Shown: positions 22,319 to 31,305 of the stretch, in pieces
Layout: each line of letters starts with the position of its first letter
Position numbering within the stretch: the stretch's first letter is position 1
Assembly: GCA_017410245.1 (NCBI GenBank)
Contig: JAFQRE010000017.1
Coordinates: 67,296-131,295, forward strand
Source of the DNA: Bacteroidaceae bacterium
GTDB taxonomy: Bacteria > Bacteroidota > Bacteroidia > Bacteroidales > Barnesiellaceae_A
DNA length: 64,000 bases
Direction of reading: 5' to 3'
Program-made: the position numbers and the translations under genes
Notes under the pieces: model-generated
The model's input: only the letters and a program-made list of their open reading frames with translations
Told to the model about the DNA's origin: nothing
Database searches by the model: none

Positions 22319-23590
22319 ATGAAGAAAACACTACTTTTTGCAGCATTTGCACTCTTTACATTGTGTGCACAAGCCCAAGAACCATCAGAGTGGACATTCA
22401 ATGCCGAGAATATCGAGACCGGCACATACTCGGAAGATGTGGTAAACGGAATTTATACCTTTGTATGTAATGGTAAGACATGGGAGGTAGATGACAATAA
22501 GGTGCGTTTCAGCAACGACACAACTATTCAATACACTCGTCGTATCAAGGCCAAATCGAAAAATAACTCTATTCGCATTGAGGCTCCCTCGGCAGGTACA
22601 ATCATCTTTGGTGCTCGTACAGGTAGCAACTCTGATACAAGCCGTACTCTTGTAGCAACTCAAAATGGCACAGAGTTATACAATGCTGTTGTACAAGAGG
22701 CTGATACTGTTGATCACGTTTATGGTGAGACTCCTCGTGCATACTATACAACCAATGTAGCAGTTCCTGCTGCCGGTACTGTTGAGGTGACAATGCCTAC
22801 AGGTAACCTTAACTACTACTACATACAGTTTACTGCCGAAGCTGTAGAGGACCCCGATCCCGATCCTACACCTGATCCCGATCCCGACCCCGATCCCGAT
22901 CCTCAACCTACCAGCGAATTGATATTAGACCCTGCTGTGATAGGTGCCAATACATTTGATGCCGACTATACAAGTGGTATCTTCACATTGGTTGTTGTTC
23001 CCGGTACCGACGAAACTAAACCTTGGGTAGTTGATACCAACAATGCCAAGTTTGATGTAGCCGGCACAACTGAGCCGTTTACACACCGCTTGAAACCCGG
23101 TGGTGCTAACAACTATATCTCAGTAGCAGTACCTCAGGCCGGTACATTGCTCATTTGCCCCCGCTCGGGTAATAAAGATGCTACCGACCGTAATATGGTT
23201 GTAGCGCAAGGTGAGGAAGTTTTGCTCGATGTTATCGTTGCCGATGAGCAAGCTGTTGATAAGGTGTATCCTTCTTATAGCGTAAACATTGCACAAGCCG
23301 GTGAGGTGACAATCACCAACCCCGTTAATGCTATCAACTATTATTACATCGAATTTAAGGCCGGTGATAGTGGTGTGAAACATGTATGCAACTTGGGTAA
23401 ACTCTTTATGAGCAACAATGTCGTTGCTGCCAATGGTGCCGAGACTCTATATGTATATAATGTATTGGGTCGCTTGGTAGGTACGGCCAATGCCGATGAG
23501 ATGGATCTCAACAAGATGGCTCGTGGTATCTACATCGTGAAGGCTGTTTATACCGATGGTAGCTCTCAAACACTCAAAGTTCGCCGTTAA
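22319..23590 (+). CDS. T9SS-sorted secreted protein with two copies of an unassigned ~150-aa domain joined by a Pro-Asp linker
   Basis: Signal peptide MKKTLLFAAFALFTLCAQAQ. Internal repeat landmarks are GIYTFV/GIFTLV, YTRRIK/FTHRLK, PSAGTIIF/PQAGTLLI and NLNYYYIQFTAE/AINYYYIEFKAG. C-terminal type A sorting-domain ending LYVYNVLGRLVG...GIYIVKAVYTDGSSQTLKVRR. Confidence 0.7.
   Translation: MKKTLLFAAFALFTLCAQAQEPSEWTFNAENIETGTYSEDVVNGIYTFVCNGKTWEVDDNKVRFSNDTTIQYTRRIKAKSKNNSIRIEAPSAGTIIFGARTGSNSDTSRTLVATQNGTELYNAVVQEADTVDHVYGETPRAYYTTNVAVPAAGTVEVTMPTGNLNYYYIQFTAEAVEDPDPDPTPDPDPDPDPDPQPTSELILDPAVIGANTFDADYTSGIFTLVVVPGTDETKPWVVDTNNAKFDVAGTTEPFTHRLKPGGANNYISVAVPQAGTLLICPRSGNKDATDRNMVVAQGEEVLLDVIVADEQAVDKVYPSYSVNIAQAGEVTITNPVNAINYYYIEFKAGDSGVKHVCNLGKLFMSNNVVAANGAETLYVYNVLGRLVGTANADEMDLNKMARGIYIVKAVYTDGSSQTLKVRR
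22850..22909 (+). repeat. in-frame (GAY CCN) hexanucleotide repeat encoding the DPDPDPTPDPDPDPDPDPQP linker
   Basis: Read directly: gac ccc gat ccc gat cct aca cct gat ccc gat ccc gac ccc gat ccc gat cct caa cct. Confidence 0.9.
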
Positions 23591-23619
23591 TAGTAAGATA
23601 GGAATATCTGCCGAATAGA

Positions 23620-23654
23620 GTGTGGGCTGTACTATACAATGGTGCAGCCCTCAC
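23620..23654 (+). terminator. imperfect hairpin downstream of the T9SS tandem-domain gene
   Basis: gggctgtac/gtgcagccc core with flanking gtg/cac pairs, followed by T-rich tatttata. Confidence 0.35.
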
Positions 23655-23733
23655 TATTTATATACCCGATTTGTGAAAGAGAGAATTATTTGCTAATTTT
23701 GGAGAGTTTATAATTGTTGTTGATAAGAATATT

Positions 23734-25407
23734 ATGATGCGCCAATTGCTTCTCTTTGCAACTGTAATGTTATCGGCTATGGTGTGTGCCAATGACTATG
23801 TGTCGGAGGTGTGGTGTGCCGACTTGGGTAATGGTCAATATCAAAATCCTATACTTTGTGCCGACTACTCCGACCCCGATGTGTGTCGGGTAGGTGATGA
23901 CTACTACATGACATCATCGAGTTTCAATTGTGTGCCGGGCTTGCAGATACTGCACTCGCGCGACTTGGTCAATTGGAGTATTGTAGGAGCTGCTCTGCCC
24001 TGGGGCAATGTGCCCGATGAGAAATATGCTACCGTACAACATGGTTGTGGAGTATGGGCTCCTTGTATAAGACATCACAATGGCGAGTTCTATATATTCT
24101 GGGGAGACCCTGATGTGGGTATTTTTATGACCCATACTGCCGATGTGCGTGGCGTGTGGAGTGTGCCGGTGCTTGTGAAGGCCGGTAAGGGTTACATCGA
24201 TACGACTCCGCTGTGGGACGATGATGGCAGGGTGTATTTGGCGCATGGCATTGCCGGCAGCCGAGGCGGACTGAAGAGTGTGCTTTTTGTGTGCGAACTC
24301 AGTGCCGATGCTACTCATACCATTACCGAGAGTCGCATTGTGTATGATGGCCATGAGAAACATGTTACTATAGAAGGCCCTAAGTTCTACAAGCGCAATG
24401 GCTATTACTATATCTTTGCGCCGGCCGGAGGTGTGCCTACCGGGTGGCAGGTGGTGTTGCGTAGTAAGTCGCCTTATGGACCTTATGAAGAGCAAACTGT
24501 GATGGCTCAGGGAGGTACAGATATTAATGGCCCTCATCAGGGCGGTTGGGTAGATACACCCTCGGGCGAAGATTGGTTTATTCACTTTCAAGATGTGGGA
24601 GTATATGGCCGATTGGTACATTTGCAACCCCTGACATGGCGCAACGATGGTTGGCCGGTGATAGGTCATGACCCCGATGGCGATGGCTGTGGTGAGCCTG
24701 TGACTCGATATAGAAAACCTCGTGTCGATGGTTATTGTCCTATGGCTACACCTGTTGAGAGTGATGAGTTTGATAGCGCAACCTTGGGCTTGCAGTGGCA
24801 ATGGCATGCCAATTATGATCATCGTTGGCACTATTGCGATGCTTCAAACGGCAGGTTGCGTCTGTACTCATATCCTGTGCCCGAAGATTACGACAACCTC
24901 TATGATGTTTCAAATCTTCTGTTGCAAAAGACTCCGGCAAAAGATTTTGTTGTAACGACACGACTCACATTCAACCCTATTGCAAAGTATCATGGCGAGC
25001 GTGCCGGACTGCTCGTGATGGGACTCGACTATGCCGCTATGGTGCTGGAGAATACTCCCGAAGGAATAGTTTTGTCGCAAGTGCAATGTAACAAGGCCGA
25101 TAAGGGTACGCCTGAGAGGGTTATGGCATCGTTGCCATTATCTTGTCCTACAATATACTTGCGAGCTACTTTTCACGATACCGGTAAGAAGGTGCTCAAG
25201 AGCGAGGGTAGCGCCGATATGATAGTTGAAGTACGGTTTTATTATAGTGAAGATGGCATCGATTACAAGCCATTGGGTACTACATTTACTCCTCGAGAAG
25301 GAAAATGGATAGGAGCCAAAGTAGGTCTGTTCTGCACTCGCCCGGCTGTGAAAAGCAACGATGGCGGTTGGGTAGATGTTGATTGGTGGAGAGTAGCAAG
25401 GGAGTAG
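23734..25407 (+). CDS. glycoside hydrolase family 43 with C-terminal concanavalin-like (GH43_C2-type) domain
   Basis: Signal peptide. GH43 N-terminus NPILCADYSDPDVCRVGDDYYMTSSSF, catalytic-region WAPCIRHHNGEFYIFW and EGPKFYKRNGYYYIF. 557 aa length fits the two-domain beta-xylosidase/arabinofuranosidase type. Confidence 0.85.
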   Translation: MMRQLLLFATVMLSAMVCANDYVSEVWCADLGNGQYQNPILCADYSDPDVCRVGDDYYMTSSSFNCVPGLQILHSRDLVNWSIVGAALPWGNVPDEKYATVQHGCGVWAPCIRHHNGEFYIFWGDPDVGIFMTHTADVRGVWSVPVLVKAGKGYIDTTPLWDDDGRVYLAHGIAGSRGGLKSVLFVCELSADATHTITESRIVYDGHEKHVTIEGPKFYKRNGYYYIFAPAGGVPTGWQVVLRSKSPYGPYEEQTVMAQGGTDINGPHQGGWVDTPSGEDWFIHFQDVGVYGRLVHLQPLTWRNDGWPVIGHDPDGDGCGEPVTRYRKPRVDGYCPMATPVESDEFDSATLGLQWQWHANYDHRWHYCDASNGRLRLYSYPVPEDYDNLYDVSNLLLQKTPAKDFVVTTRLTFNPIAKYHGERAGLLVMGLDYAAMVLENTPEGIVLSQVQCNKADKGTPERVMASLPLSCPTIYLRATFHDTGKKVLKSEGSADMIVEVRFYYSEDGIDYKPLGTTFTPREGKWIGAKVGLFCTRPAVKSNDGGWVDVDWWRVARE

Positions 25408-25408
25408 C

Positions 25409-25924
25409 CTATTGTTTTTGCTTCTCTTTGTTCATAGGATTCATATTTTCAAGGTCCGATATAGTCAGCTCGCCATTGATCTGCATGAGCAGGTATATGC
25501 TTGTGCCCAGATGTGCAATAACCATCTTTTCTACTATTTCATTATCGTTCTTGATGAAAATGCGTGTTGTGTTGTTGTCGTTTACCATCTCGATAGCCGG
25601 CTCATAGCCTTTGAGCTGACTTGCCGATACGAATGCAACATATTGGCCTTTAATCTCTTCATCGCATTGGGCCAAGTTTACAATTTTTATAGACTTTATC
25701 TTGTCGAGAAATGCTTTTTCCTCTTTACCGGCCAGCATCTTTGCCATACCTATCATAAAAGAATTTACGCTTGTGTACTCGGTATTGTCATATTGCTTCA
25801 CCGTATCGAATAGTTTGTCGTCCGATATTGTACTCTCGTTGCTATCGGTAACCTCTTGACCCTGTGATATCGTAACACACATGAGCAGTGACAGGCATAG
25901 TATAATAGTGCGTAAGGCTTTCAT
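25409..25924 (-). CDS. DUF4252 domain-containing protein (periplasmic, signal peptide)
   Basis: 171 aa with signal peptide MKALRTIILCLSLLMCVTISQG. Central FMIGMAKMLAG...IKSIKIVNL pattern recalled from DUF4252. Not verified. Confidence 0.5.
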   Translation of the reverse strand: MKALRTIILCLSLLMCVTISQGQEVTDSNESTISDDKLFDTVKQYDNTEYTSVNSFMIGMAKMLAGKEEKAFLDKIKSIKIVNLAQCDEEIKGQYVAFVSASQLKGYEPAIEMVNDNNTTRIFIKNDNEIVEKMVIAHLGTSIYLLMQINGELTISDLENMNPMNKEKQKQ

Positions 25925-25952
25925 ATTGATGTTTTATAAAGAGTTTATAATC

Positions 25953-25995
25953 AAAAAAAAACGAGAAAGAACTCTTGTGGAGTAGTCTTTCTCGT
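25953..25995 (-). terminator. rho-independent terminator downstream of tRNA-Leu
   Basis: 10-bp stem acgagaaaga/tctttctcgt followed, on the minus strand, by an 8-nt T-run (the plus-strand A-run at 25953-25960). Confidence 0.65.
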
Positions 25996-25997
25996 TG

Positions 25998-26082
25998 TGG
26001 TGCGGATGACGGGACTCGAACCCACACGTCTCTCGACACCAGATCCTAAGTCTGGCGCGGCTACCAATTACGCCACATCCGC
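25998..26082 (-). tRNA. trnL: tRNA-Leu (anticodon TAG), CCA encoded
   Basis: The reverse complement folds with acceptor gcggatg/catccgc, anticodon arm ccaga-ctTAGga-tctgg, a long variable arm, T-loop ttcgagt and 3' acca. Confidence 0.9.
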
Positions 26083-26092
26083 TTTGGTGGTG

Positions 26093-26100
26093 CAAAGATA
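26093..26100 (-). promoter_or_regulatory. candidate -7 box TAnnTTTG for tRNA-Leu
   Basis: The minus strand reads tatctttg, ending 10 nt upstream of the mature tRNA 5' end. Confidence 0.35.
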
Positions 26101-26247
26101 ATAGAAATAAGCCGATGTAGCAAATTATCGTTTCTTTTTTTGAGTGCGAATGGAAAAATAAATGCCAACTTGGCCGGCAAGTTGTTAAGTGTGGTTATAT
26201 ATAACTTCCTTACAAGTGAGTTGTGTGTACCCGGCGTGTATATACAG

Positions 26248-26278
26248 CAAGAGACAGTGTTTGTGGCACTGTCTCTTG
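26248..26278 (-). terminator. hairpin downstream of yidC
   Basis: Perfect 11-bp stem caagagacagt/actgtctcttg with a 9-nt loop, 22 nt past the yidC stop. There is no clean T-run on the minus strand. Confidence 0.35.
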
Positions 26279-26299
26279 TTATATGATGGTCAAAGGGGC

Positions 26300-28237
26300 T
26301 TAGTGGCGACCTTTGCCATTGTGTTTGGCTTGTTGTTTGCGTTGTTCACGAAGCAGAGCCTCTTGTTGGCGTTGAGCTTCTTCGAGTCGAGCCATGAAGC
26401 CACTCTTCTTGCGAGGCTTCTTGGCATTGGCTTCCATTTGTGCCAATACTTTCTTTTCATCGACAAACTTGCGGAATGCCCATGTTTGTACAATGGTGAT
26501 GAGCAACGATACGAAGTAGTAGTAGCTAAGACCCGCTGCGTAGTTGTTGAAGAAGAAGAGGAACATCAAAGGCATGAGGTACATCATCCACTTCATACCG
26601 GGCATGGTGTTCTGTCCACTTTGGTCCATTGTTATCTTGGTGTACAAGATGTTGGTAATGGTCATCAACAAGCAGAAGAGGCTGATGTGGTTGCCAAATG
26701 TGCTGCTGATGAGGGGTATGTATGTGTCCCATTCTACAATGGCATCGTATGATGAAAGGTCTTTGGCCCAGAGGAACGACTCACCGCGCAACTCGATAGA
26801 TGAGGGGAAGAACGAGAACATGGCCACGAGTATAGGCATTTGCAACAGCATGGGTAGGCAACCACCCATGGGGTTGATGCCGGCTTTGCTGTAAAGCTCC
26901 ATCATGGCATTTTGTTTCTTCATGGCATCTTCGGGATTGGGGTATTTCTCGTTGAGTGCCTGCAACTGAGGTTGTATCACACGCATCTTGGCTTGCGACT
27001 TGTACGACTTGTAGGTGAAGGGGAACAAGATGAGCTTGATGAATACGGTGAGCAAGAAGATGATGAGACCGTAGTTGCTGATAAATTGTCCGAGGAAGTC
27101 GAATACATTGATGATAATGAGTGTATTGATCCATCGGAACAAAGGCCAGCCAAGGGGTATAACGCGGTCGAGATCCAAGCGGTCTTCTTTATCAACGCCC
27201 TTGTCGTATGAGCGGAACAACTTGTAGTCGTTGGGACCCAAGAAGATTGAGAAATTGCCAACGTTGGCGTTGGTCGAAGTGTAGTCAATAAGTGTCTCGG
27301 TGTGGAATTTCTTGAGGTACTTGGGATCTTTTTCAAGGTCTTCGGTAACCAAGAATGCTTCACTGAAGTTGTTGTCGGCTATGAATGCTGTGGTAAAGAA
27401 TTGGTCTTTATAACCTATCCACTTGAGGCTTGTCTTGATGTACTTGTCGTGGTCGCCTTTCTCGCGGAGGTGATCTACGTCATCGCCCGGATATTTATAG
27501 TACAAAGCACTATTGTTTTGCTCAAACATGCGACCTTTCTCTTGACGAGGCATCTTGAGGTCCCAATACATGTCGAGGCTGACAATGTTTTGGGGTATAA
27601 CCTTCTCCATGCCATTCTGAGTAATCTCCATTTGCAAGCGGTAGCTGTCTTGGGGCAGAGTGTAGCGTACGTTCCATTGCGCATTGCCGGCAAGGTTGAG
27701 TGTCATATCGACAGTGCTGTCGGTAGCAGAGGGTGTGAAGTAAAGATTTTGAGTGTCTATGATGCGCGCTCCGGCCTTGAAGATGAAACCATAGTGGTTG
27801 TCGTTCTCTTCAAAGAGTACCACATTGGTGGTGTCCTTGCCGGTGTAGTTTTTGTAGTCTTTGAGAGTCGCCTTGCGCAGATAACCACCACGGCTCGAGA
27901 ACTCCAAAGCAACAACGTTGTTTTCGAGTTTTATAGTCTCCTCGGTACCTTCGGCTACGGTAGCAAATGCACCGTAAGTAGCAAAGAGCTCGGCTTTGTG
28001 TAGTGAATCGGCTGTAAGGCTATCAATTTCTACAGGAGTCATAGATGCTTTTGCTGCAGCATCGGCTTGTTCTTGCCAAGCTTGTATTTCCAGTGCTTGG
28101 GCAGCCTCAACGGCGGCAATAGAGTCGTTGTATCGTTGTTGCGCTGCGATTTCCTCGGCCGATGGTTGTGTAAACCATGAGAAGCCTATCACAACGGCAA
28201 TCATCAATACAAATCCAATGATCGTGTTTTTATCCAT
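26300..28237 (-). CDS. yidC: membrane protein insertase YidC
   Basis: 645 aa. N-terminal TM (IIGFVLMIAVVIGFSWF), a large periplasmic domain, and the C-terminal 60-kDa insertase core (GCLPMLLQMPILVAMF). Confidence 0.9.
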   Translation of the reverse strand: MDKNTIIGFVLMIAVVIGFSWFTQPSAEEIAAQQRYNDSIAAVEAAQALEIQAWQEQADAAAKASMTPVEIDSLTADSLHKAELFATYGAFATVAEGTEETIKLENNVVALEFSSRGGYLRKATLKDYKNYTGKDTTNVVLFEENDNHYGFIFKAGARIIDTQNLYFTPSATDSTVDMTLNLAGNAQWNVRYTLPQDSYRLQMEITQNGMEKVIPQNIVSLDMYWDLKMPRQEKGRMFEQNNSALYYKYPGDDVDHLREKGDHDKYIKTSLKWIGYKDQFFTTAFIADNNFSEAFLVTEDLEKDPKYLKKFHTETLIDYTSTNANVGNFSIFLGPNDYKLFRSYDKGVDKEDRLDLDRVIPLGWPLFRWINTLIIINVFDFLGQFISNYGLIIFLLTVFIKLILFPFTYKSYKSQAKMRVIQPQLQALNEKYPNPEDAMKKQNAMMELYSKAGINPMGGCLPMLLQMPILVAMFSFFPSSIELRGESFLWAKDLSSYDAIVEWDTYIPLISSTFGNHISLFCLLMTITNILYTKITMDQSGQNTMPGMKWMMYLMPLMFLFFFNNYAAGLSYYYFVSLLITIVQTWAFRKFVDEKKVLAQMEANAKKPRKKSGFMARLEEAQRQQEALLREQRKQQAKHNGKGRH

Positions 28238-28272
28238 ACTTATTATTTGTGTTCAACTTATCTTTATCGTTA

Positions 28273-29892
<1,620 letters not shown>

Positions 29893-29922
29893 TTAAACGT
29901 ATGTGTGTAAAAAATACGAGTA

Positions 29923-29930
29923 CAAAAGTA
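29923..29930 (-). promoter_or_regulatory. candidate -7 box TAnnTTTG upstream of pyrG
   Basis: The minus strand reads tacttttg, about 52 nt upstream of the pyrG start. Confidence 0.3.
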
Positions 29931-30040
29931 AGAAAAATAATCGATAATACCTCGACATATTCTCCAATAAATAAAAAATGTGCCTCTTATGGTGTACTTA
30001 AAGGTAGAAATGGATAGAAAGAGTGATATATTGAGGTGTA

Positions 30041-30078
30041 AAAGAGGACGAGTCACCTCATCACTGGGGCGACTCGTC
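30041..30078 (-). terminator. hairpin terminator downstream of rubrerythrin
   Basis: 8-bp stem gacgagtc/gactcgtc (30047-30054 and 30071-30078) followed on the minus strand by ctctttt. Confidence 0.5.
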
Positions 30079-30129
30079 AAGCGAAACTTTGAAAAAAACT
30101 ATTCTATGCTATTTTGTGGCAACTAACTA

Positions 30130-30675
30130 TTATTTCTTGAAATAACGATTGTAAAGGCCTTCAAAAGCCTTGCCGTGACGAGCTTCGTCTTTGGCCATTT
30201 CGTGTACGGTATCGTGAATGGCATCGTATCCGAGTTGTTTGGCGCGTGTGGCAATGCGCAATTTGTCAGCGCAAGCACCGCATTCGGCATTCATGCGAGC
30301 ATCGAGATTTTTCTTAGTATCCCATACTACTTCACCGAGCAACTCGGCAAACTTGGCAGCATGCTCGGCCTCTTCCCAAGCGAAGCGTTTGTATGCTTCG
30401 GCAATCTCGGGATAACCCTCACGGTCGGCTTGACGGCTCATTGCAAGGTACATACCCACTTCGGTACACTCACCCATAAAGTGGGCACGAAGTCCTTCCA
30501 TTACCTCTTCATCTTCTACTATTCCATCACCTATATGGTGTTCCGATACAAATTGAAGTGCAGCCTCTTCGTTGAGAACTTCAAACTTTGATGCAGGAAC
30601 TTTACATTGAGGACATCTTTCGGGAGCAGCATCGCCTTCGTGGATATAACCACACACTGTGCAGATAAATTTCAT
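30130..30675 (-). CDS. rbr: reverse rubrerythrin (N-terminal rubredoxin-like domain, C-terminal diiron ferritin-like domain)
   Basis: N-terminal [10 protein letters not shown]...CPQC (two CxxC pairs), followed by ExxH diiron motifs ([18 protein letters not shown]). Confidence 0.85.
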   Translation of the reverse strand: MKFICTVCGYIHEGDAAPERCPQCKVPASKFEVLNEEAALQFVSEHHIGDGIVEDEEVMEGLRAHFMGECTEVGMYLAMSRQADREGYPEIAEAYKRFAWEEAEHAAKFAELLGEVVWDTKKNLDARMNAECGACADKLRIATRAKQLGYDAIHDTVHEMAKDEARHGKAFEGLYNRYFKK

Positions 30676-30717
30676 AATCTTAGGTTTTATTTAAATGATT
30701 GTTTATAAATATCTCTT

Positions 30718-31128
30718 TTAGTTGTTGCATTTGGTACATCGTCCTATGCAGTAGGTCTCACTCATATCTACGCTCATACCGGCCGGCATATCGGGTATCC
30801 AATGTTTCTCTACATCTATGTCGAGTATTGCACCGCAGTTGCGACAGCGGAAGTGTATGTGCGGATCCATACATGCATCGTATCGAGCGTTTTTCTCCTC
30901 TATTGTTATGAGTCGTACTACTCCTCTTTCAACAAGCAGATTGAGCGTGTTGTAAACAGTGGCTTTCGACAGAGTGGGCATTTCGGGATAAAGATCGGTA
31001 AAGATCATCTCGGCTGTGGGGTGAGTGCGATGGGTTATGAGATATTCCATCACGGCCATGCGTTGCATCGATGGCTTGATGCCATGTAACTCGAGTCTTT
31101 CCTTTGCCAATATTTTAATTCCGTCCAT
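30718..31128 (-). CDS. perR: Fur family transcriptional regulator, PerR-like
   Basis: 136 aa. Winged-helix region GIKPSMQRMAVMEYL...ATVYNTLNLLVERG and structural Zn site CRNCG...CTKC. Lies directly upstream of rubrerythrin. Confidence 0.78.
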   Translation of the reverse strand: MDGIKILAKERLELHGIKPSMQRMAVMEYLITHRTHPTAEMIFTDLYPEMPTLSKATVYNTLNLLVERGVVRLITIEEKNARYDACMDPHIHFRCRNCGAILDIDVEKHWIPDMPAGMSVDMSETYCIGRCTKCNN

Positions 31129-31131
31129 AAT

Positions 31132-31144
31132 TAGAATTATTCTA
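31132..31144. promoter_or_regulatory. perfect 6-1-6 palindrome tagaat-t-attcta, a Fur/PerR-box-like candidate operator
   Basis: Read directly. The centre lies 10 nt upstream of the perR ATG. With flanks it reads TTAGAAT-T-ATTCTAT, compared with the B. subtilis PerR box TTATAAT-N-ATTATAA. Confidence 0.4.
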
Positions 31145-31159
31145 TTTTTGTTTTCGATG

Positions 31160-31167
31160 CAAAAATA
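31160..31167 (-). promoter_or_regulatory. candidate -7 box TAnnTTTG for the perR-rbr unit
   Basis: The minus strand reads tatttttg, 32 nt upstream of the perR ATG. The palindrome at 31132-31144 sits between this box and the ATG. Confidence 0.33.
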
Positions 31168-31305
31168 TATCTAATTCTTATTCGTGTCAATGGCATTAAT
31201 ATATTTTAACACAATTTTCTTGACAATGGAAATTGGCGACTGTTGTTAAGTTGCTTGTATTTAGGTTGTTGTTGATTATTGGCGAGACGGCCTATCTGAA
31301 TGTTT

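Noticed and set aside
22850-22909. A short periodic repeat, considered as a possible CRISPR-like or regulatory tandem array.
   Set aside because: The period is 6 nt with no spacers, and it lies in frame inside a CDS. It is a Pro-Asp linker and not a CRISPR array.
23914-24831. A 305-aa antisense ORF inside the GH43 gene. Similar antisense ORFs occur at 27302-28003 (in yidC), 43143-43796, 63227-63898 and 694-1311.
   Set aside because: All are fully nested opposite strongly supported genes, and none has a signal or domain motif. I treat them as shadow ORFs.
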